Assembly (NCBI GenBank): GCA_965649205.1
Contig: CBFGJV010000005.1
Location: 12,506 to 76,505 of the forward strand
Reading direction: 5' to 3'
From: a candidate division WOR-3 bacterium
Lineage (GTDB): Bacteria; Hydrothermota; Tepidihabitantia; Tepidihabitantales; Tepidihabitantaceae
Length of the DNA stretch: 64,000 bases
Positions 43,957 through 54,146 of this stretch are shown piece after piece. Under the pieces are notes generated by a model that was given only the letters and a program-made list of their open reading frames with translations, searched no databases and was not told the origin of the DNA. The stretch's first letter is position 1; the number at the start of each line of letters is the position of its first letter. The position numbers and the translations under genes are program-made.

Positions 43957-45624
43957 TTGCTACTTGCTGCTGCTTTAGTGACTGCCCGGACTGGCACATT
44001 TCTGAGTCTTACGCTGGGCGCCCTGGCGCTTAGCCTTGCTTTTGCCCCCTTTCCTTTTCGTTTTCTTGCGTTTTTTGCCCTGATACCGCTGCTGCGGACG
44101 ATAGACCTTGCGTGGTCGCATTCAAGTGGAAAACAGCGCGTTTTTCTCTGGTCATGGTTCTTCGGTACGCTGGCTGCCGGCTTTCACTTTTGGTGGCTTT
44201 GGTTTCTGGTTGTGCCAGTGGAGCCGGTAACGCGTTTCTTGCTCAATATCGGAGTAGTGGTGCTTCTTATTTACTTGGGCCTGTATTGGGCGGTATTCGG
44301 AATTATCGTGCGCCGTCTGGGCTTGTGGACCGCGCCGTTAGTCTGGCCGCTGCTGGAGTACCTCAAGAGTCTGGGACAGATTGCGTTTCCCTGGGATTTG
44401 CTCGGTTACGCTATGACTCCCTGGCTTCCTTTTATTCAGCCGGCTGCTTTTGGGGGAGTGTATCTGGTTTCGGCCTGGGTAGTACTGGTGAATCTGCTCT
44501 GCTATCGTATTGTGTTTCCTCAGCGCAGATTAGAGATGTGCGGCTCGGGCGAGGGAAGGCAAGCCGGGGGAATAAGACAGCAACTTTTGCGTCCGCGTAT
44601 AGCTTATGGGGTCGGATTGGCACTCACACTGCTGGGTCCTTTGGTTCTTTTTCTTATCAGAGTCAAGCCGCATGTTTGTGGGTTGCGCGTGGCCATAGTG
44701 CAACCAGACGTGTCGCCTCTGGACAAGGGAGACATTGCTTCCCGCGAACAGATATACGCCGACCTTCTGCGGCTGGTGCGGCAGGCGGCGAAGGACAAAC
44801 CTGACTTGATTGTCTGTCCGGAAACGGCCACGTTGTTCGATGTGACTGATCAGAAGAACTACATCAGTCAGAGCTTGAAGAGGCTGGTAGATTCGCTAGG
44901 CATACCGGTGTTTACTGGTACGCCGCTCCATGACCGACAGCGCGGCACCTGGCATAATGGGGCTGTTTTACTTCTGGCGGGAGAAGATTCTGTGGCGCAA
45001 CGGTATTATAAAATGCGGCTGGTTCCGTTTTCGGAAAAAATCCCTTATGCGGATGAATTTCCGCTACTACGAAGAGTGTTGGCCACTGGTGATATGGGTA
45101 ACTGGGACAGGGGCAGGGATTACACCATTTTTCACCTTCAGTCCGGCGCAGCTACGAGGGCTGATACGGCAGCGGCAGTGCAAGTTCAGAAAGGGCCTTC
45201 TATCAGCAGATTCTCCGGTCTTATCTGCTTTGAGGCAATTTTCGGCGATTTGGCTCGTCAGTTTGTACGGAGAGGCGCAGAGATGCTTGTGGTTGTCACG
45301 AATGACGGCTGGTTTGGCAGGATTATCGGCGCCCAACAACATGCAGAGCTGGCCGTGATGCGTTCAGTTGAACAGGGCGTACCACTCGTTCGCAGTGCCA
45401 ACAATGGCATATCGTTTATCGTCGATCCCTACGGAAAAGTGTTGTGCCAGACCGGGCTCTTTACCCAAACGATACTTAAGGGAGCAGTGCCTTTGCCTCT
45501 TCCACCCACGTTTTATTGTCGTTTTGGGGACTGGTTTATTGTCTTCTGTCTCGCGGTTATTGTGATTCAGACCGTAGTTTGGTTTCTGCGCGGGCGGAAA
45601 GACATCAGGCAGGCGGCACGATAG
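43957..45624 (+). CDS. lnt: Apolipoprotein N-acyltransferase
   Basis: A multi-helix N-terminal membrane domain precedes a nitrilase-type domain. The Glu/Lys/Cys contexts are VCPETA, YYKMRLVPFSEKIPY and LICFEAIF. Confidence 0.85.
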   Translation: MLLAAALVTARTGTFLSLTLGALALSLAFAPFPFRFLAFFALIPLLRTIDLAWSHSSGKQRVFLWSWFFGTLAAGFHFWWLWFLVVPVEPVTRFLLNIGVVVLLIYLGLYWAVFGIIVRRLGLWTAPLVWPLLEYLKSLGQIAFPWDLLGYAMTPWLPFIQPAAFGGVYLVSAWVVLVNLLCYRIVFPQRRLEMCGSGEGRQAGGIRQQLLRPRIAYGVGLALTLLGPLVLFLIRVKPHVCGLRVAIVQPDVSPLDKGDIASREQIYADLLRLVRQAAKDKPDLIVCPETATLFDVTDQKNYISQSLKRLVDSLGIPVFTGTPLHDRQRGTWHNGAVLLLAGEDSVAQRYYKMRLVPFSEKIPYADEFPLLRRVLATGDMGNWDRGRDYTIFHLQSGAATRADTAAAVQVQKGPSISRFSGLICFEAIFGDLARQFVRRGAEMLVVVTNDGWFGRIIGAQQHAELAVMRSVEQGVPLVRSANNGISFIVDPYGKVLCQTGLFTQTILKGAVPLPLPPTFYCRFGDWFIVFCLAVIVIQTVVWFLRGRKDIRQAAR

Positions 45625-45756
45625 CCTGCCTTGAGGTGTGAACCCTTTTCTGTTCCAGTTTCCCTGCTGAAAACATACGCACAGGCCGGTGCTGACCAAA
45701 GACTGAATTCGCAGTAGCACACCAGAAGCAGAGTCAGTTCCTGGTATACTGCATGC

Positions 45757-45784
45757 TTGCGTCTGACGCGTCGTTCGGTATATT
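45757..45784 (+). promoter_or_regulatory. Candidate promoter of the giant secreted protein gene
   Basis: TTGCGT (45757-45762), a 16-nt spacer, TATATT (45779-45784). The track's TTG start coincides with this -35 box, so ATG 45805 is preferred as the start. Confidence 0.3.
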
Positions 45785-45804
45785 TGGAGCGAGCAGGGGC
45801 AGAG

Positions 45805-48800
45805 ATGTGTAGAGCTGTCGCTTTCTCAGTCTTTTTTCTTGCCTTAGGGGGCAGGGTTCTGGCCGGCTGGCTGCCGGAAGAAAGGCTTACCTTCCGGCCT
45901 GACACGGCCGACTACACTACACCCAATTATGCGCGCTGTGTGGCATCTGACCGGACTGGCAACGTGCATGTGGTCTGGTATGGCAGGTGGCAACAGAAGC
46001 CTCAGGTCTGGTACAAACGCCTGGATGCTCTGTCCGGCCGATGGTCGGAGAATATGGTGATTTCCCATGAACCGCAGGGAGCAATCAATCCCTGCCTGGC
46101 TGTGGACGACTCCGGCAATGTGCATGTGGCGTGGCAGGTGGCAACAGCCCAGGCAGACACCGTATTGCGCTACCGTTGTCGGCACGTTGCCGGCGGCGTC
46201 TGGGACTCGATTGAAACAGTAGTCAGAGGCACACGTATGCAAACGCCTTCCCTTGCGGCCCGGCAGGATGTGGTTGCGCTGGTCTGGAGCCAGCAGTGGT
46301 TACCGCAGTATCAAGGGGTTTTTCTGGCTGTGCGCACTCGCGGTGGCTGGTCACAGCCGGAAATGGTGAGCGATTCTCTTTCCAGAGACCAAGGAGCTGG
46401 TGCAGTGGGCATCGGCGCCGGCAGCGTGGGTGTGCTCTGGAGGAACGGAACAGCCGATTTGATTATGTTTCGACAGCGGGAGACGACTGGCTGGGCCGGA
46501 CCGGAGACTGTTTTTCGGGGTGCCAGTGCGGCGCCCTGTCTCTGGATAGAACCGAAAGGAACGGCGCATAGCATCTGGACAGCCAGTATTTCAGGCAGGG
46601 ACAGATATGTCTATCGTCAGAAACAGGAAGGCATTTGGCGTGATGCTGTGATGTTGCCCGAGACTTATCCCATGCAGGGGCCGGTGTCCTTGGGAGTGGA
46701 ACAGAGTGGCCAAATTCATCTGGTCTGGGTGGCGAAAGATACAGTGTATTATGCCACGGCGGAAAGCAGCGGCCGCAGGTGGTCAGTGCCGCTGGCCATC
46801 GGATTCGGGCCATACGGACGCGGGAACCCCAGTCTGCATGTGCAACAGGAGGGTGAGTTACAAGTTGTGTGGACAGACAACCGCCATAATCCCTATCCCT
46901 ATTCTGATATCTACTGTCGCAGGTATGGGTGGTTGCGGGACATATCTGTACAACGTGTCGTCAGTCCTGTGGGCATTATTGACAGCGGCATGGCGGTAGC
47001 TCCTGCAGCCTGGGTAGCTAACTGGGGAGATTCTACGGAGACGCAGGTAAGGGTAGATTTCCGCCTCGGTGATTCTGGGCAGCTGAGGATGGTGACAAGC
47101 ATTCTTCCGGGCGACTCTGCGCTTGTACATTTTGATACCTGCAAGTTGTTGTCCTTGAGCTGGATTGGGCTTTGTTGTTCTACCGCCCTGACAGGTGATG
47201 CAGTGCCGGCAAACAACGTAAGCAGAGATTCCATTTTTGTGCGGCTGCGTGATGTGGCACTGGACTCTATACTCACTCCTCGTGGTTTGCTACCGCTGGA
47301 TACAGTGCGACCGGCGGCTACTGTACGTAACCGCGGTAATGTGGCGGCGGAGGCGCGGGCCAGATTCAGTATTCTGGAGAATGGCGAGGTCGTATACTCC
47401 GGGCAGACCACCGTTCCCATTCAGGCTGGGGTCGTCCGGCGGCTGGAGTTTCCACCCTGGGCGGGCAAGGTGGGGGTTTTCACTGCCGTATGTTCAGTCA
47501 GTTGCGGAGGCGACATTCATCCCGAGAACGATACCGGTTCAACTCGGTTTGAGTTGTTCTATCGTGACCTCGGGATAGAGGACATAACTTGGCCGACAGG
47601 GCAGGTTGATTCCGGCGTCTTTGGCCTGCCGGTTGTGCAGGTACGCAATTTGGGGAATACAACCGAGCGCTATTGGGCGTTCCTGACTATAGGCGCTGAT
47701 TACAAAGACAGTCTTGAAGTGCAGTCTCTGCTTCCGGGGCAAACCGATACGCTTCATTTTGCGGGCTGGACGGCTCAAAAGCGGGGTCTTCTGTTTGCTG
47801 GGTGTTCGCTCTGGTGCAGCGGAGACATGAACCTGTCCAATAATGCTGCGGCGCGCACGGTGTTCGTACAGGTGCGGGATGCGGCGGTGGAAAGTATCGT
47901 CAGCCCGGCCGGACCGATTACTGTCGACAGCGTGCGTCCTTGCGTACGCCTGCGCAACCAGGGCAATACAAAGGTCATTTCCCGGTGCGGGTTCCTCATA
48001 GAATCTGATTCCTCAGGCATTGTCTATGTTGATTCTGTGGACGCTTACCTTGCCCCTGACTCTGTAACAGAGGTAATGTTTTCTAGCTGGCAGGGAACGC
48101 CGGGTCGGTATAGAACAGCGTGCTTTTCCTCTCTGGATGGTGACATGCGTTCTGAGAATGATACCCTGCGCGGGGAGTTTTTAGTCTACCAACCAGAGGT
48201 GCGGGTGATAAGAATGTTAGTTCCGGCTGCGGTGGTTGATTCTGGCTGGTACGACCGTCCGGTCGTGGAGTTGCACAATGTTTCTCCTGTTCCGCTTGCC
48301 TGCCTCTGCAGTCTGTATATCGGTCCGTATTATGCCCAGGTGGAGACAGTGGCCGGTATGTTGCCCGGTGAGATACGGGGGTATCGCTTTTCCGAACCCT
48401 ACTATGCGGTTCAGCGGGGCTGGCAACCAGTCCTGTGTTCCATATTTGGTTTTGCGGGCACGTCGCGAACGCCTGCCTGCAAGCTGGAATGCAGCCTGTT
48501 TGTCAGGGTCAGGGATGCGAGCGTGGAAGGCATCCTGGCGCCTTCGGGCAATGTGGGCAGAGGCGAAATCAGACCGCGGGTGCGAGTTCGCAATCGGGGA
48601 AATGTTACTGGCAAACCAGGCTGCTGGTTTGCTGTCAGAGATAGTGCGGCGGAACTTTATCGCGACTCGGTAAGTCTGGAGCTGGAGCCGGGGAACGATG
48701 CGGTGGCGGAGTTTCGTTTCACAAGTTTTCCTAGCGGACGCTATCGCGCCTATGCCTGGACTTTTATGGAAAACGATATGGTGAGGGCCAATGATACGAC

Positions 48801-50289
48801 CCAAGCCGGTTTCCGAGTGGTACGGACGGATGCAGCGGCGCAAAGAATTTTGCAGCCGGCGGGTGCCATCCGTCCCGGAAGAGTACGGCCCGCTGCCGTA
48901 GTGGCTAATCTGGGTGAATGTGATAGTGATATAGAGGTGATGTTTTGGATTGCGGATTCCTTGCCGGTATATTCTGATACCGTCCGGTTACTGCGGGTGG
49001 GCGTGGCGAAGGAAACAACGGCTCTGTTCAGAGACTGGGATGCCGGGCCAGGAAAATACAACGTTAGGGTTGTGACTTTGGTTGCCGGGGATGAAAACCC
49101 TGGTAACGATTCCTGTTTTGCCCAGGTGAGAGTTGAGCTGCCGCGACGCTGGGTGCAGCTGCAGGAAATCCCGGCCGGTCGTGCCGGCCAGCCAGTCCGC
49201 GCCGGAGGATGTCTGGTTTCTCTGCGGGACGGGCTATTAGGTTTGAAGGGAGGAAACACAGATGAGTGCTACCGATATTCTGGGCACGAAGATTCCTGGT
49301 TTGCACTCTCACCTTTGCCCCCAAGTCCCACTGGTCGCAAGGTTAAAGCCGGAGCAGCTATCTGTTTTGATGGAGCGCGGCGAGTTTATGCTCTGCGGGG
49401 CAATCGTACGCGCGAATTTCTGGCCTACGATGTGATTACGGATTCCTGGCGATTTCTTTCCGCACTACCCGAGGGGACAAGGATGTTGAAGTACGGAGCC
49501 GGACTCGGGTTTCTCTCTGGCGATACGGGGCGTGTTCTGTTTGTGAAGGGTAGTGGGACCTGCGATGTTCTGGTGTATTGGACAAAACAGAATCAGTGGC
49601 ATGCCCGGCGGCGACTTCCCTGTGGACCGCAAGACAGACCGGCTAGAAGAGGAACTTGTCTGGTTGTAAGTTCGGGCCGGGTTTTCTGCTTGAAGGGAGG
49701 AACAAACGAGTTCTATGAATATTTCCCCAAAGGAGATTCCTGGGTCCGGCGAGCTGATTTACCGGCTGTGGGTAATTCGGGTCTGGCGCGTAGGGTCAGG
49801 GACGGTGCTTCATTGTGCGCTGATCAGTCTGGCTGCGTCTATGCTTTCAAGGGCCGCAGCAATGAGTTCTGGCGCTACAGCGTGTCTGCTGATGTTTGGG
49901 TGCAGCTAGAAGATTTTCCTTTCCCAGAGCCGGCCCGCAAAGCAGGTTCTGGTGCTGCACTTGCCTTTCTTTCCGGTTGCATATATGCCCTGAGGGGCGG
50001 AGGCAGCAGAGAATTGTGGAGATATGAGCCAGAGATAGCGGGAAAGGATACAACTACAGCTACAGAAGTAGAGCCGGGCATGGCAGCGCAAGCGGGTGAG
50101 GCAAAGAAAGCCGGGTGGTTTCGGACAGAGGTGTTTCTTTTGCCCGGTTCGGCTGTGGTGTATGATGTATGCGGCCGCCAGGTAGAGAGAGCGGTTTCAG
50201 ACAAGTTGCGGTTATCTTCCGTGCCAGGCGTGTATTTTGTGCGAACTACCAAAGACCGCCGTTGCCACAAGGTGTTGTTGCTCAGATAG
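45805..50289 (+). CDS. Giant secreted multidomain protein (BNR/sialidase-like repeats, about seven CARDB-like modules, Kelch-like propeller, CTD-like end)
   Basis: Signal peptide MCRAVAFSVFFLALGGRVLAG. N-terminal repeats GNVHVVW / GNVHVAWQ / GQIHLVWV / ELQVVWTD. There are seven ~105-aa modules, most marked by [FV]VR[VL]RD[AV][AS][VL][ED]SI[VL][ST]P...VR[PL]...V.N.GN. A C-terminal Kelch-like region (YALRGNRTREFLAYD, FCLKGGTNEFYEY, YAFKGRSNEFWRY, YALRGGGSRELWRY) is followed by a short CTD-like tail. Confidence 0.75.
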   Translation: MCRAVAFSVFFLALGGRVLAGWLPEERLTFRPDTADYTTPNYARCVASDRTGNVHVVWYGRWQQKPQVWYKRLDALSGRWSENMVISHEPQGAINPCLAVDDSGNVHVAWQVATAQADTVLRYRCRHVAGGVWDSIETVVRGTRMQTPSLAARQDVVALVWSQQWLPQYQGVFLAVRTRGGWSQPEMVSDSLSRDQGAGAVGIGAGSVGVLWRNGTADLIMFRQRETTGWAGPETVFRGASAAPCLWIEPKGTAHSIWTASISGRDRYVYRQKQEGIWRDAVMLPETYPMQGPVSLGVEQSGQIHLVWVAKDTVYYATAESSGRRWSVPLAIGFGPYGRGNPSLHVQQEGELQVVWTDNRHNPYPYSDIYCRRYGWLRDISVQRVVSPVGIIDSGMAVAPAAWVANWGDSTETQVRVDFRLGDSGQLRMVTSILPGDSALVHFDTCKLLSLSWIGLCCSTALTGDAVPANNVSRDSIFVRLRDVALDSILTPRGLLPLDTVRPAATVRNRGNVAAEARARFSILENGEVVYSGQTTVPIQAGVVRRLEFPPWAGKVGVFTAVCSVSCGGDIHPENDTGSTRFELFYRDLGIEDITWPTGQVDSGVFGLPVVQVRNLGNTTERYWAFLTIGADYKDSLEVQSLLPGQTDTLHFAGWTAQKRGLLFAGCSLWCSGDMNLSNNAAARTVFVQVRDAAVESIVSPAGPITVDSVRPCVRLRNQGNTKVISRCGFLIESDSSGIVYVDSVDAYLAPDSVTEVMFSSWQGTPGRYRTACFSSLDGDMRSENDTLRGEFLVYQPEVRVIRMLVPAAVVDSGWYDRPVVELHNVSPVPLACLCSLYIGPYYAQVETVAGMLPGEIRGYRFSEPYYAVQRGWQPVLCSIFGFAGTSRTPACKLECSLFVRVRDASVEGILAPSGNVGRGEIRPRVRVRNRGNVTGKPGCWFAVRDSAAELYRDSVSLELEPGNDAVAEFRFTSFPSGRYRAYAWTFMENDMVRANDTTQAGFRVVRTDAAAQRILQPAGAIRPGRVRPAAVVANLGECDSDIEVMFWIADSLPVYSDTVRLLRVGVAKETTALFRDWDAGPGKYNVRVVTLVAGDENPGNDSCFAQVRVELPRRWVQLQEIPAGRAGQPVRAGGCLVSLRDGLLGLKGGNTDECYRYSGHEDSWFALSPLPPSPTGRKVKAGAAICFDGARRVYALRGNRTREFLAYDVITDSWRFLSALPEGTRMLKYGAGLGFLSGDTGRVLFVKGSGTCDVLVYWTKQNQWHARRRLPCGPQDRPARRGTCLVVSSGRVFCLKGGTNEFYEYFPKGDSWVRRADLPAVGNSGLARRVRDGASLCADQSGCVYAFKGRSNEFWRYSVSADVWVQLEDFPFPEPARKAGSGAALAFLSGCIYALRGGGSRELWRYEPEIAGKDTTTATEVEPGMAAQAGEAKKAGWFRTEVFLLPGSAVVYDVCGRQVERAVSDKLRLSSVPGVYFVRTTKDRRCHKVLLLR

Positions 50290-50327
50290 GATGCATTCTT
50301 CGTTTCGGGTGCGGGGATTGCCGATGG

Positions 50328-50356
50328 TTGACTGACCTATCGGTAAGAGCTACGAT
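50328..50356 (+). promoter_or_regulatory. Sigma70-like promoter of rfbD, leaderless geometry
   Basis: TTGACT (50328-50333), a 17-nt spacer, TACGAT (50351-50356), 5 nt, GTG 50362. The track's TTG start at 50356 overlaps the -10 box. Confidence 0.4.
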
Positions 50357-50361
50357 TGTTT

Positions 50362-51216
50362 GTGCGATGCCTAGTTACTGGCGCATCCGGTCTGCTGGGA
50401 AGACAGTTTGTGCGCTGGTTGAGAGAAAGAGGGGAGGAGGTGGTTGAATGGGACTTGCCGGAGCATGACATTACTGATGTGAATAAGACTATAAATGAGA
50501 TTCATCAGGTAAAACCAGAGGTTGTGTTTCATTTTGCCGCCTGGACAGATGTGGATGCATGCGAGAGCGACCCGGCAAGGGCTACAGCAGTCAACACGCA
50601 GGGGGCTTGGACTGTTGCTTTGGGCGCCACAGAGGTGAACGCACGTATGGTTTATCTCAGCACTGATTACGTGTTTGACGGCAGCAAGACCAGTCCTTAC
50701 GACGAGCGGGATAAGCCGAATCCCTTGTCAGTATACGGTAAGAGCAAGCTGATGGGGGAGAAGGCAGTAATGCGTTCCTGCGGGAAATTCTATATTGTGC
50801 GTACCAGCGGCATGTTCGGAAGTTATGGACGGAATTTTGTGGATACAATTCTGGTTGCAGCAAGAAGTCAGAAGGCCCAGAACGGAGAATCGTTGCGGGT
50901 GGTGCATGATCAGCGGTTCTCGCCAACTTACGCGGCTGACCTGTGCGAGCCTCTGTATGAACTGGCACGACAGGCCAGTCCGGGCATTTATCATCTGACT
51001 AACAGTGGGCAGTGTTCCTGGTTTGAGCTGGCGCAGGCGGCGATAGAGCTGGTCGGACTTAATTGTCCGGTTGTGCCTATTACGGCGCGCGAGCTAGGTC
51101 GTCCTGCTCCGCGGCCGGCCTTTTCGGTTTTGGAGAATCGTAACTTCAAGCGCAAGTTTGGCAGAATACTGCGGCCGTGGCAGGAAGCACTGGCAGAATA
51201 CCTGCGGGGAAAATGA
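50362..51216 (+). CDS. rfbD: dTDP-4-dehydrorhamnose reductase
   Basis: LVTGASGLLG Rossmann motif, STDYVFDG and YGKSKLMGE (YxxxK). The start is GTG 50362 or TTG 50356. Confidence 0.85.
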   Translation: MRCLVTGASGLLGRQFVRWLRERGEEVVEWDLPEHDITDVNKTINEIHQVKPEVVFHFAAWTDVDACESDPARATAVNTQGAWTVALGATEVNARMVYLSTDYVFDGSKTSPYDERDKPNPLSVYGKSKLMGEKAVMRSCGKFYIVRTSGMFGSYGRNFVDTILVAARSQKAQNGESLRVVHDQRFSPTYAADLCEPLYELARQASPGIYHLTNSGQCSWFELAQAAIELVGLNCPVVPITARELGRPAPRPAFSVLENRNFKRKFGRILRPWQEALAEYLRGK

Positions 51217-51247
51217 GGAGCCGTGGTTTAGACCCAGAAAGCAGCAG

Positions 51248-51685
51248 GTGATATTGGCGTTCTGTTATTCTGAAGAACAGAAAGAAACACCCTATCGGCA
51301 ACCGAAGTTGGCGGTCGACTGTATTGTCAGAGTAAAGGGAAGGATTCTGCTTATCCGGCGGAAGAATCCACCTCTAGGCTGGGCTTTACCGGGTGGTTTT
51401 GTGGAGTATGGAGAATCTCTGGAGGAGGCGGTGAGGCGGGAGGTGAAGGAGGAAACCGGACTGGAATTGGAGAATCTGCAACAGTTTCGGGCTTATTCCG
51501 ACCCAGGCCGGGACCCGCGTTGTCATTGTGTTTCGGTGGTTTTCACCGCAGATGGTATAGGTGAACCCCGAGCGGGCGATGATGCCGGAGACATCTGTCT
51601 GGCTGATCCGGAGGCACTGCCTGAGCTGGCATTTGATCATGCCCTCATTCTGGCTGACTACAAAGAAAGCAGAGCGAAAGGATAA
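51248..51685 (+). CDS. NUDIX hydrolase
   Basis: Nudix box GGFVEYGESLEEAVRREVKEETGL. The start was trimmed to GTG 51248 to avoid overlap with rfbD, so the exact start is uncertain. Confidence 0.8.
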   Translation: MILAFCYSEEQKETPYRQPKLAVDCIVRVKGRILLIRRKNPPLGWALPGGFVEYGESLEEAVRREVKEETGLELENLQQFRAYSDPGRDPRCHCVSVVFTADGIGEPRAGDDAGDICLADPEALPELAFDHALILADYKESRAKG

Positions 51686-51709
51686 CCCACCCTAAGGCGA
51701 TTCTTCGTC

Positions 51710-52582
51710 TCAGGAGAAAAGCCGCAGACTGAAGTGCAAGGCGCTGGCAGAAATGATGCCGACGGAAAGGTTATCGTCTAGGTCCAGCGGTAGGGCTTCG
51801 GCACAGGCTGCCAGAAAAACAGAGAGCAACAGGGCAGGCAGGGGAACAGGAACAAACTCGGCCAGTATGGAGCCGACAGCGAGGCAAGCCAGAAAGTGCG
51901 ACAGGGTACCTTCCACAGTCTTGTGGAACAGGGGAGTGCGTCCGAACCAGATGCCGAAGAATTTTGCGGAGAAGTCTCCGAACACCATGAAGGCCAGAGC
52001 ATAGAGCGTAACGGTGCGGTCGAAAATCAGGGTCACCAGAAGTGCAGCCAAGAGGAAAAGCGTCATGGAGGACAGCCGGTCTTTTTCCTTGGCTTTGAAG
52101 GTGCTTGCAGCGCGGTGAAACAGGAAACGGTTGACCCGGGTGGCGCTGAGACGGGTCAGGTCAAGAGCAAGAAATCCGGCGGTTACCACTGCGAGCAGGA
52201 CCAGTGTCCAGGTGCGGCCCCAAACAAAAAGGAGCCCAGGAAAGGCCATGGCGGCAGGACGGATCAGAAAACGCCACAGTTTTACTTGCCCCCGTGCGTT
52301 TTCGGGTTGCACGAACAGTTTTCTTCTGGCGGCGGAAATGATGCTGGCTGTGAGGGCCGTCAGGGCCAGCACTGTTATTCCGTAGCGGAGCGCGGTTATA
52401 CTTACATAACGCCACACAAAAAAGCCAAGTAGTGGTGCGGCTGTGAGCCCAACGAATTCCCAACGTCTGGTGATGAACCGGACAGAGACGCCTACCACTA
52501 GTATCAGCACAAGGGGATACCAAGGTGTACTTTGCTCTGGCTTCTGAGCAAGAGTGACGAACAGCAAAGAAGCGTCTGCCAC
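51710..52582 (-). CDS. Polytopic membrane protein, CdsA/dolichol-kinase/phytol-kinase superfamily candidate
   Basis: About 8 TM helices. FGDFSAKFFGIWFGRTPLFHKTVEGTLSHF resembles the GDxxAxxxGxxxG...K[TS]xEG motif of CTP-dependent polyprenol kinases and cytidylyltransferases. Confidence 0.45.
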   Translation of the reverse strand: MADASLLFVTLAQKPEQSTPWYPLVLILVVGVSVRFITRRWEFVGLTAAPLLGFFVWRYVSITALRYGITVLALTALTASIISAARRKLFVQPENARGQVKLWRFLIRPAAMAFPGLLFVWGRTWTLVLLAVVTAGFLALDLTRLSATRVNRFLFHRAASTFKAKEKDRLSSMTLFLLAALLVTLIFDRTVTLYALAFMVFGDFSAKFFGIWFGRTPLFHKTVEGTLSHFLACLAVGSILAEFVPVPLPALLLSVFLAACAEALPLDLDDNLSVGIISASALHFSLRLFS

Positions 52583-52627
52583 GGTGCCCGGATTATACGG
52601 GCAGGTTAGAGCAAGGGCAAGTAAGGC

Positions 52628-52957
52628 TCAGGGCTGGTTTGAGGACGTGTTATCCGGTGTGTCCTGGCCGGCAGCAGGTTTGGACTGTTTCTGAGCTTCT
52701 TCTTCGGCTCGGATGAAGGCAAGGCGAAGCTGATAGAGTATGTCATTCAGCAGCCTGGTTTCTTCTTCCGTTCTGTTGCCCTCGGTTTTAGCCCTGAGCA
52801 TTTCCAGAGTGGAAATGGTATGGCGGGCATAAGCGAGATTCACAGGGGGCGGTTTCTGACCAGGCAGAACTTCGTGTCCGAGATAGGAAAGGGCGGCGGC
52901 AGAGAGGCTGAGAAAAAGGTCCGATAAGGATGCTTCGGGCATTCTATCTGTTGGCAT
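52628..52957 (-). CDS. DUF1844-like small protein
   Basis: 109 aa. The LSAAALSYLG...NLAYARHTISTLEMLRAKTEGNRTEEETRLLNDILYQLRLAFI pattern matches what I recall of DUF1844. It overlaps the alr stop by 14 nt. Confidence 0.55.
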   Translation of the reverse strand: MPTDRMPEASLSDLFLSLSAAALSYLGHEVLPGQKPPPVNLAYARHTISTLEMLRAKTEGNRTEEETRLLNDILYQLRLAFIRAEEEAQKQSKPAAGQDTPDNTSSNQP

Positions 52958-54116
52958 GGTAGTCCAAAAGGGTTCTGGTCTGGATTACATGACCATCCTT
53001 GATGTAGATGCGGGGAACGCGAGGACTTACCCGGCATAGTATCTCGTAGGGAATTGTGTCAGCCCAGTTAGCCAGTTCGCTTGCGGTTATAGTTTCCTTT
53101 CCGGCAGAACCTAGAAGAGTAACTTCGTCGCCGATAGATGCCTCTGGGATGTCAGTCACGTCCAGCATGGTGAGGTCCATACATACATTGCCTACCACCG
53201 GAGCACGCCGACCGGATACAAGTGCCTGTCCGCGGTTGCGCAGCGCGTAGGGATAGCCGTCACCGTAGCCGGCAGTGATGACAGCGATACGGGAACGACG
53301 ACGGGTGAAGAAATTTCTTTCATAGCTGATGGACACGCCCGCCTCAAACTCTCGTAGGTTGACAATGCGGGAGCGCAAGTTCATAACCGGCTTCAGTTGT
53401 AAGCGGGATTGACGTTGACCCTCGCGATAACTTTCCGGCAGTATGCCGTAAACAATCAGGCCGGGTCGAACCATATCCAGATGCGAGTTCCGAATGTTCA
53501 TGAGTCCGGCGGAGTTGGCTGCGTGAGCGGCAATGTTTTCTACGCCTCTACCTCGCAGCGCAGATAGTAAGTTTCTGTAGTCTGCGAGCTGTTTTTCGGT
53601 AAATACAATGTCAGTGTCTGCTGCCGGGAAATGGGTAAATACTCCTTCCAGTCGCAGGCCGGGGAGAGAGGCCACGCGAGGAACAAAATCCAAGGCTTCG
53701 GAGATAGATACGCCGGTACGGCCCATGCCCGTGTCGACTTCTATATGTATACCCAGAGAGGTGTGGCGACGTTGGGCTTCTGCAGACAGACGCCGGGCAA
53801 ATTCAGGCTCGGTGACGGAAGGCGTAAGCCAGAATTCGAACAAGTCCGGTATTTCGCCGTAGGTAGCCGGCGAGAGAACAATAATAGGGTTGTTGAGACC
53901 GGCTTTGCGCAGGCTGATGCCTTCCTCCACTGAGGCGACGCCAAAGGCGTCCACCTTGCCGGCGAGTTCACGGGCTACTTCGCGCAGACCGTGTCCGTAG
54001 GCGTCTGCCTTGACGGCGACCAGAAGCCGGCTTCTGCCAATGAATCTGCGTACTTCTTCTATGTTATGGTGCAAGGCGTTCAGGTCGATTTCCGCCCAGA
54101 TGCGAGTCAGGCTCAT
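52944..54116 (-). CDS. alr: Alanine racemase
   Basis: PLP-lysine motif AVKADAYGHG, HFPAAD, and a C-terminal beta domain with VCMD. 390 aa. Confidence 0.93.
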   Translation of the reverse strand: MSLTRIWAEIDLNALHHNIEEVRRFIGRSRLLVAVKADAYGHGLREVARELAGKVDAFGVASVEEGISLRKAGLNNPIIVLSPATYGEIPDLFEFWLTPSVTEPEFARRLSAEAQRRHTSLGIHIEVDTGMGRTGVSISEALDFVPRVASLPGLRLEGVFTHFPAADTDIVFTEKQLADYRNLLSALRGRGVENIAAHAANSAGLMNIRNSHLDMVRPGLIVYGILPESYREGQRQSRLQLKPVMNLRSRIVNLREFEAGVSISYERNFFTRRRSRIAVITAGYGDGYPYALRNRGQALVSGRRAPVVGNVCMDLTMLDVTDIPEASIGDEVTLLGSAGKETITASELANWADTIPYEILCRVSPRVPRIYIKDGHVIQTRTLLDYHANR

Positions 54117-54146
54117 GGAAATACGGGAAAGCTTCTTCCGCCTCTG

